This document shows, in pieces, positions 51,301 through 58,790 of a stretch of DNA of 58,790 nucleotides; position 1 is the stretch's first letter; each line of letters begins with the position of its first letter. Position numbers and translations under genes: made by a program. The notes below the pieces were generated by a model. It saw only the letters and a list, made by a program, of their open reading frames with translations, had not been told where the DNA came from and searched no databases. Source of the stretch: Reclinomonas americana ATCC 50394 (taxonomy: Eukaryota); the NCBI GenBank assembly GCA_048213135.1, contig PS015219.1, forward strand, positions 1 to 58,790, in the 5' to 3' direction.

Positions 51301-52358
51301 TGGTGGAGAGGCTGGTAAGTCGTCGGTTGTCTGTTCTGATTGCACGCACACACACTTACTCATGCAATTCTTAATAGTCGGTGGTGGTACCACGCAAACG
51401 GTGAGAGTGGATGCGCCGGCCTATGCGAGTCCGGCCGACGCACCCAAGTCCAACGATGAACTCTTCCAGCTGTACAAGCGACTGAAGAACCTGAAGCAGG
51501 AGGCCGAACGGATGAAGCGTCGCGAAGCTGATTTGAGGCGGACGCAGGAAATGGCGGCCGCCGCGTTGCCTCGCCGCCAGGAACCGCACCCGAAATCCGG
51601 GCCACCGACTCCCCCACCCGATCTTTTCGACTCGGGCTCGTTGCGTGGACCGACCATTCATACGCACACATTTTGTCGTTCACTCTAAACTCACAACAAC
51701 TCCTCTCTCACACGCAGTGAATTGCCGCCGGCCTGGAGTCGTCCGCCAACGCTATCGCCCCTGAACATTGAGATCGCCGTACCCGAGGTGGCGCCGCGCT
51801 CCGAATCCGAATCCAAGTTCCGCACCAACGCCAAGCGATTCGTGGCGCCAAGTGCCTTCTCGCAACCGTTCGCCCCAGCCCACGGCTCGCCTCCACGATC
51901 GCGGACATCGCCGGGGCGAGGCCGAAGGACTCCGACGTCCACGCGACCCGCCAGCAAGGTGAGCGTTGTGGTGAGCAGAATGATCACCGCTGTCGTGCCC
52001 AATTGTTGCTGACTCCCTTCCACAGGCACCCTCACCGCACCAGCGGTCGCAACCGTCGCCGACCACGGCAATGCAAGCGCGACTGCGACAGCCGACGCCA
52101 CCAGGTGTGTGTGTGTGTGAGTGTGCCAGGTCCAACAACTACAACAACACGAAAGTCTCGCTAATCACCCCCCCAGGCGCACGTGACCGGCGTTCCATGT
52201 CGCCGGAAGATGTGTTGCGGCCACCAGCACATCCCTACGACGCGGCGCTGTCGTACAAGGTGGCGCTGCCGCCAGGTCCCGTGCGCAGCGACGCCGAGGC
52301 CCTGGAGCGAGCACGCTTGTTGTATTTGCATGCTCGCCGCGCGCGAGATCCGCGATGA
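48397..52358 (+). CDS. Leucine-rich repeat (SDS22-like) protein with low-complexity tail; internal segment 49470-49925 assembled inverted
   Basis: LxxLxLxxN repeats (IKTLFLDHN, VTDLYLDHN, LVSLNVSCN; on the flipped segment LETLLLANN, LKTLVLSGN, LRVLDLRGNP). Confidence 0.75.
49470..49925 (-). other. Contig in inverted orientation between two N-gaps
   Basis: Its reverse complement supplies the missing LRR exons with matching intron phase and codon continuity at both ends. Confidence 0.85.
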
Positions 52359-52401
52359 GGAGTGAACGAACCCCAATAATATTTCGCGCGCGCATGCACG
52401 C

Positions 52402-53622
52402 TCACGAGCAGACGTCGAGCACGACATGCGCCGCCGCGAAACAGCACGACCCCGGGTGCGAGATGAGGGCACGTTGCTCCAGGTGCGGGTCGCGAATCGA
52501 TTGCAGCGCAAACGGGAAACCATCCACCGGCGGCGCGCTCGGCGCCAAGCCCAACAGCGGAGCCAGGCGTTCACGATACTGAAAGTAAGGCGGCGGCATT
52601 CCCCAGTCCGTCATGCGTCGCGTGAAACAGTGATCGCAGTCGCCTTCGCCTGGCGACGCATCACAAAAGCCACACTCGCCAGAGTACGTCGTGTTGAGGT
52701 GCACCGCCAGCTCCTGCAGCAACACGTGCGCCAGTGCCGCCTGGTCGTACGGGTGCTTGGTAAAGTGACCGGTGAGTCCCTCTTGCCACACCCGTGAGAG
52801 AACGCGTCGAGTCCACTCGCTGCGACGCCAGCCCATGATGCCTGCATTGAGCCACTGCCCGTCCTGCAGCACCGCGCTGACTGGTGGTGCATCCGTGCCA
52901 CCAAACAGACCATCCAGTGCATACGTGCAGCTGTTGCGAGTGAAAAAGGCGTCGAGATCCACGTAAAAAGCGCGCGCGTGACGCTGCAACACCGCCTGCA
53001 AGGCGCGCGTCTTTTGAAACATGGGATGCACCAGCGAGACCTCGTCAGCCGCCGGCACATACAAGTACACCTCGCCACCGTGGTGCTGCGCGTAGGAGAG
53101 CCAGGTGGCCAGCGAGCGGCCATAGTCGGCGGCAAACTGCAGCGACGGCACCGACACCGACACAATCGGTGCCACACGGCATCGCATGGGCGGAAGGAGA
53201 GTCTGTGCACGACGTGTCTCTCCCAGCAGCACACGGAACAGCGTGCAACCGGGTGCCTCCTGCAAGAAGGGCGCCCACAGCGCCGTCTCCGGCGACAGCG
53301 TTGGTGTGCTGGCCAGGAACTCAACACCGTCGGGCTCCCACGTGTCGCCGGCGGCATTGGGGTCGTCACGCGACGGTGTGAGGAACACGACGCAGCGAGT
53401 GTCGACGGCCATCTCCTTGTCGTCCTCCTCTGCATCTGTGCAGTGCGTGAAGGAAATGCGAGTTGTCGTCGATGATGCATCCAGCGATGACGTGCTGCTG
53501 CTGCTGCTGCTGCTATGGAATAAGCGGAGAAGGAGAGAGGGTGCGGAGAGGATGGCCAGCACGAATACAATGACGATGACCGAGGCGGTGGTGAGGAGGG
53601 CACGGCGCGCCGACTGCAACAT
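52402..53622 (-). CDS. Intronless type II membrane glycosyltransferase (GT34-like)
   Basis: N-terminal TM; SYAQHHG, FQKTRAL, FYVDLDA (DxD), LNAGIMGWRRSEW, YDQAAL. Confidence 0.75.
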   Translation of the reverse strand: MLQSARRALLTTASVIVIVFVLAILSAPSLLLRLFHSSSSSSSTSSLDASSTTTRISFTHCTDAEEDDKEMAVDTRCVVFLTPSRDDPNAAGDTWEPDGVEFLASTPTLSPETALWAPFLQEAPGCTLFRVLLGETRRAQTLLPPMRCRVAPIVSVSVPSLQFAADYGRSLATWLSYAQHHGGEVYLYVPAADEVSLVHPMFQKTRALQAVLQRHARAFYVDLDAFFTRNSCTYALDGLFGGTDAPPVSAVLQDGQWLNAGIMGWRRSEWTRRVLSRVWQEGLTGHFTKHPYDQAALAHVLLQELAVHLNTTYSGECGFCDASPGEGDCDHCFTRRMTDWGMPPPYFQYRERLAPLLGLAPSAPPVDGFPFALQSIRDPHLEQRALISHPGSCCFAAAHVVLDVCS

Positions 53623-54812
53623 GATGGGGTGATTCCGTCGACCACGCGGATTGTCGACTTTGCGAAGCTTCTTATTGGCGCCAGTCGGTGTGCAGTACGT
53701 GTTGCTGGTGGCATCCAAGTTCAACGATTGTGTTCGCACGGGGACCAGTGACAGGGGGGATAGCAGCTGATGGTGTCGGACTGATTTCGATATCGGAAAT
53801 CAACGTCGACTTTTTTTCGGATCCACGGCCTATCCCGTGGCGCTTTTCCGAGGCGATCACCTAGGTAGTATAGCATACAAGTTGGTTGGACAGCTGGTAG
53901 AGAATAATGGCATAGAAACGGTTGAACTTGGTCATCCTTTTGCCTGCTTCACGGATCCGGACCCGGCTTTGNNNNNNNNNNNNNNNNNNNNNNNNNNNNN
54001 NNNNNNNNNNNNNNNNNNNNNNNNNNNNNNNNNNNNNNNNNNNNNNNNNNNNNNNNNNNNNNNNNNNNNNNNNNNNNNNNNNNNNNNNNNNNNNNNNNNN
54101 NNNNNNNNNNNNNNNNNNNNNNNNNNNNNNNNNNNNNNNNNNNNNNNNNNNNNNNNNNNNNNNNNNNNNNNNNNNNNNNNNNNNNNNNNNNNNNNNNNNN
54201 NNNNNNNNNNNNNNNNNNNNNNNNNNNNNNNNNNNNNNNNNNNNNNNNNNNNNNNNNNNNNNNNNNNNNNNNNNNNNNNNNNNNNNNNNNNNNNNNNNNN
54301 NNNNNNNNNNNNNNNNNNNNNNNNNNNNNNNNNNNNNNNNNNNNNNNNNNNNNNNNNNNNNNNNNNNNNNNNNNNNNNNNNNNNNNNNNNNNNNNNNNNN
54401 NNNNNNNNNNNNNNNNNNNNNNNNNNNNNNNNNNNNNNNNNNNNNNNNNNNNNNNNNNNNNNNNNNNNNNNNNNNNNNNNNNNNNNNNNNNNNNNNNNNN
54501 NNNNNNNNNNNNNNNNNNNNNNNNNNNNNNNNNNNNNNNNNNNNNNNNNNNNNNNNNNNNNNNNNNNNNNNNNNNNNNNNNNNNNNNNGTTGGTGAATGA
54601 ATTGTTGTTGGAATCGACAGCGGGGATTCCATCGAAAACTGATCGAACCCAGTTTGATTTTTTACGCAATCCTTGTTCGTGTTTGACATTTGTAGTTATG
54701 AAGACAGCTATTTTGCTTCTTTGTAGTTTGTGTGTCGTTGCTATTTTGTTGCAGTTTCTTGTACATTCAGCTTTCCACGAACACACCGTGCCTTCTCCAC
54801 ACAAATCAACGA

Positions 54813-55746
54813 TCACAGGCTCAACGGCTTCACCTGCATCCCCCACCCCATCACTCACACGTGAGCGAGCGAGCGAGCCAACCAACCAACCACCCACTCA
54901 GTCACAAACCTTTGGCAGCACAATCTTGTCCGGATCACGCAGCAGTGCCCACACCTCCACCGTGTACACACTGAACCGATCACTGCGCTTCGTGGGACTG
55001 AGCAGACACTCATTGTCGTAGGTCTCCGAGCGATGCGAGATGCCGTGACGCAGACGCGAGTCCACAAAGAAGGCCGGTCCGTCACCACTGTTCGCCCATC
55101 ACATGATCAGTCCGTTGCCTTTTTCAAACAAGAGTCCACCCCACTCACCCGCCACCCATGCCAAAGCCCTCCTCATTTGCAAACATGTAATGTTGATTTC
55201 GGCGAGAGGAGCGATATGCCCGGAACGACGGAGCGCAGCTGAACACGAAGCAGTCGCCGCGACCAAAGAACTTGGGCGTCGGCTTCCAAATGTCGGTGGC
55301 GAAGCCGCCAAAGATCTCGCCAGTGCTCGCCTGCACGACGACAACCGACGGCACATTGAACTGTTCCCTTCGCAGGCAATACTCGAGCTCCGTCCATTGT
55401 CGGTACATGGTCTGTGTGTCGAGGACTGTGTGAGCAACAGTGACCACAAAATCCTTCTCTTTTCGTGCACACAGTGCACCTGTGACGAGATGCCGTGCTC
55501 CAGCGTCGAGTACACGAGGAAGGGCTGCAATCTCTGCGAGGCCATCGGCAGCATGCTGTGGATGTGTGCAAAGTCGAGCGGCGACATGACTGAGCCGGGA
55601 TCGCGCTCCGTGCCCCACAGCCGGACCAGCCTGCACGGGAGGGAATGTGAGCACACACAGATAACACACCCACACCCGCACACGCACACATACACACACA
55701 CACACTCACACACGCATACACACACATTGTAAGCAATCCACCCTGC

Positions 55747-55780
<34 letters not shown>

Positions 55781-57594
55781 TTCCCGCACCCCCCTCCCCG
55801 TGACACACACCCGTTGACGCTCGGCGTGTGCATCAACTCTGAACCACTTGGTGCCTCCGAGGCCACCGGTGTCGGCTCCTCAAAGCTACGACGCCGCTCG
55901 TGCCCGCCGGCATCCGCATCGGTTCGCCGTGGCGACACGGGATTGCTGCGTGATGCCACCGACGCCGATGATGCCGCACTCAACAATCCAGCCGCTCCAG
56001 CTGCCGCTGTTGCTGCTGTTGGGGGGAATGAAGAAAAAGGCAGTGAGTACGCATCACCTACAACAATGCGTGCCGTCACACGTACGCGTACCGGCTACAG
56101 TTGTCGGTCCACTACCGCGCGGCTTGTGAACCGTCCTCGCATGCAATTCCATCAGGTCCGGTCTGACCAGCACCACCACCGTCTGCGCGCACACAGAAGC
56201 ATGCGTGAGCAGTGACTGTGCGGAACTCACATCCTCGCGCATTTACGAAACCGCATTATCAGGCAAGTAGTCGTCGTCGTCCAGATCAGCAAGGAACGGA
56301 TTCAGTTCCCGGAAATCGTCCGACTTCATGCGATACATGCTGGTAATGACTCGAATCGACTCCTCCGGTGCCACCACGTGCTCCACATACATGGCTGCGC
56401 CACACACGTGGGTCGCCACACACAGAGAAAAAGAGATGACAGTGATGAGAACGTACGAGTTGGAGCCTCCTCCGGCGGCAACATGGCAGCCGCGGCGGCC
56501 ACCGCGCGACGCGGCGACGACTGCAGGGTGGCAGATGGTGCATCGGCTGCACCACCCATCGACAGAGCAGGTACCGATGGCATGGAACCACTTGCCCCTG
56601 CCTCGGCGGCCGAGTCACCACCGTCGCCACCGCTGCTACGTTGGAGGGGGCAGGTCAGCACGTGAACGAAATGGAAAACCATGGCGAGAATCGGCGACGG
56701 CGGCACGCAACAGACGCGCCGAGCGCTGGAATCGCTTTCGCTTAGGCTCCGCGGCTGGAGTGGCACTTGGCGCGCTGCTCCCACACGCACAAGAGTGAGA
56801 CAAGGGATGCGAATCTAACGAGAGAGCAGACGCAACGCTACATCCTTCTCCGGCGGTGCAAACACGCGCAGCACCTGGCGATTTCACACATCAGCATGTG
56901 ACCAATACAAGACGGGCACCACTCCCAGATACGCGCGCGCACACACGCACGCACGCAACTTCACCCTCGTAGATCACACCACCGCGGTGCACTTTGCTCG
57001 GATTCAAGCGCTTCAGCTGCGCCACCGACATGTCATACAGCACCGCCACTCCCTCCAGTGTATCATACGGCGAGACAATGTGGTCCACCACGGGACGCGA
57101 CGGTGCTGCCGCGACAGCGGCCGCCGCCGACGATTCGTCACGAACAGGTGAAGATCCTGTTGTCGCACTGCCCTCACCAGCAGCAACAGAAGGAGGAGCA
57201 GCAGGTGGAGGCGAAGAAGGAGCATCACCACCACCCGCACCACCAGAAGCCTCGCCTTCCTCCTCCTCCAGCAGCTCCACAGCGCCCACGTCTTGCAACT
57301 CCTCCACACTTCGCATCATCATCATCATCATCAAACAATCAGTCAATCAATGCACACACACACACATACATACGCAAGATCACGCACCCCAGTGCCTCGC
57401 CCGGCACAGCACCAGCCGCTGGCTTTGGCGGCGCCACTCCAAGCACCTCAATCACCCCTTGCAGAATGTTACCAAACCAGGCCCCGACTCCATGACCACG
57501 CTGCACCTCCTCCAGGCTGTCACCCTATATACACACACAGAACAGCAGTCAAGACACGCACAGACACAGAGGCACACACACACAGACTCACCAT
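54813..57594 (-). CDS. LysM x2 + TLDc protein (OXR1/NCOA7-like)
   Basis: LysM HIVSPYDTLEGVAVLYDMSVAQLKRLN; second LysM-like HVVAPEESIRVITSMYRMKSDDFRELN; TLDc LVYSTLEHGIS…GEIFGGF…FFGRGDCFVF…GMGGG…SETYDN…VEVW. First coding exon is ATG only. Confidence 0.88.
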
Positions 57595-57682
57595 GCGCGT
57601 GTGACGAGTGTGTGTGTGTTGCGTAAGAAGAGGACGCGAGCTCGAGTTGTCCTTCTCCTTTGTTTGTTTGCTGTCACTTCCG

Positions 57683-58790
57683 ATGAGCGTCCGTGGTGTT
57701 GTGATGATTGGCGGGCCGTCCAAGGGCACCCGCTTCCGCCCACTCTCACTCGACGTGCCAAAGCCGCTGTTCCCAGTCGCCGGATTGCCCATGATTGAGG
57801 TCTGTGTGTGCGTGTGCGCGTGTGAGACAAGCGATGTCTCTCCTCCGCGCAACCACACACACACACACCACTCTCTGTCTGTGTGTGCGTGTGTGTGCGC
57901 GAGGTGTACCTCCGACATGCCTCTCTTGTGTCTGTGCGCGCGCGTGTGTGTGCGTGTGTGGAGGGAGAGATGGTGCTGATGACGCTCTCTCTCACTCTCT
58001 TCGTCCTCTGCCATGCAGCATCACATCCGTGCACTGACCAAACTGGGAGCGGAACTGGCGGAGATTGTGTTGATCGGCTTTTATGAGGAGAGCGCCATGG
58101 AGTCCTTCATCTACGCCATGTATGATCGCTATCGTACGCGCATTCGGTGTGTGACTCCTCCTTCTCTCTCTCGCTCTCTCTCTGTCTGCCTGACATCCAG
58201 ACGCACAGTTACTTGAAGGAAAGTGGCGAAGTCGGCAGCGCCGGTGCGCTGTATTCCTTCCGCGAGGAGCTGCTGGCGGACGACGTCAAGCAGCTGCTGG
58301 TGTTGCATGGCGACATTTGCTGCACGTTCCCCGTGTGTGAGCTCGTGGAGTGTCATCAGTCCAACCCGAAGGGTGCTATTGGTACGCTGGCCACCACAAG
58401 AGTCGCCAGTGACGAGCGCCGATATGGATGTGTGGTCACGCGACCGGGATCGCGCGAGGTGGTGCACTACGCCGAGAAGCCCGAGTCGTTTGTCAGTGAT
58501 GTGATCAACACGGGCATGTACTGCTTCGAGGCGGCGGCGTTTGTTGAATACCTCACCGCAGTTGCGTGGGGTACACTTCGGGCTCCTCGTGGACACTCTT
58601 CCTCGCTCTCACTTGTCTGTCGCCCTTGTCTCTCGCTCTTGTCTCTCTCCCCTCGTCACTCCCCCCTCGTCACTCCCCCCTCGTCTCTCCCCCCTCGTCA
58701 CTCCCCCCTCGTCACTCCCTCCTCGTCACTCCCCCTCGTCACTCCCCTCGTCACTCCCCTCGTCACTCCCCTCGTCACTCTCCCTCGTCA
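57683..58790 (+). CDS. GMPPA: Mannose-1-phosphate guanylyltransferase alpha (5' part; runs off the window)
   Basis: [77 protein letters not shown]. Confidence 0.93.
58649..58790 (+). repeat. Intronic minisatellite, ~13-15 nt unit C(n)TCGTCACT
   Basis: About ten tandem copies with a variable C-run, inside a GMPPA intron. Confidence 0.9.

Noticed and set aside
53715-53931. 11-bp inverted repeat CCAAGTTCAAC as transposon ends
   Set aside because: Too short, no target-site duplication or transposase seen.
54698-55021. Signal-peptide-like plus-strand ORF (MKTAILLLC…)
   Set aside because: Antisense to the last exons and intron of the TLDc gene; no family match.
58649-58790. Repeat array as a CRISPR or telomere
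   Set aside because: No spacers or cas genes; variable-length pyrimidine-rich unit inside an intron.
1-58790. tRNA, rRNA, snRNA genes or autonomous mobile elements
   Set aside because: None recognisable by eye; a covariance-model scan would be needed to exclude small ncRNAs.

Overview
Gene-dense, GC-rich nuclear DNA from a unicellular eukaryote (lineage not identifiable from this window). It holds about 28 genes split by many short (~55-110 nt) spliceosomal introns full of (GT)n/(CT)n microsatellites, so the supplied ORF track is mostly exon fragments and antisense shadows; gene models below were spliced by eye. Recognisable genes: SIN1, a vWA protein, UBE2Q-like E2, folliculin, LBP/BPI, bacterial-type serine acetyltransferase, vasohibin, DUF1761, DUF3501, RPA12, an ependymin-like protein, a CDC123-like ATP-grasp, a SKP1-like protein, two tandem secreted vanadium-haloperoxidase-like (VHPO) genes, seipin, RRM-RING E3, an LRR protein, a GT34-like glycosyltransferase, LysM-TLDc and GMPPA. 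Two observations stand out. (1) One VHPO paralog carries a Lys-rich collagen (Gly-X-Y) segment encoded by 36/45/54-nt micro-exons. (2) About 25 introns use a +1-shifted donor motif (GTTGCGT/GTTGAGT), almost always after a non-G exon end. Also seen: a hidden LYRM9-like pseudogene, N-gaps whose flanks join seamlessly, an inverted contig inside the LRR gene, and very short intergenic spacers.
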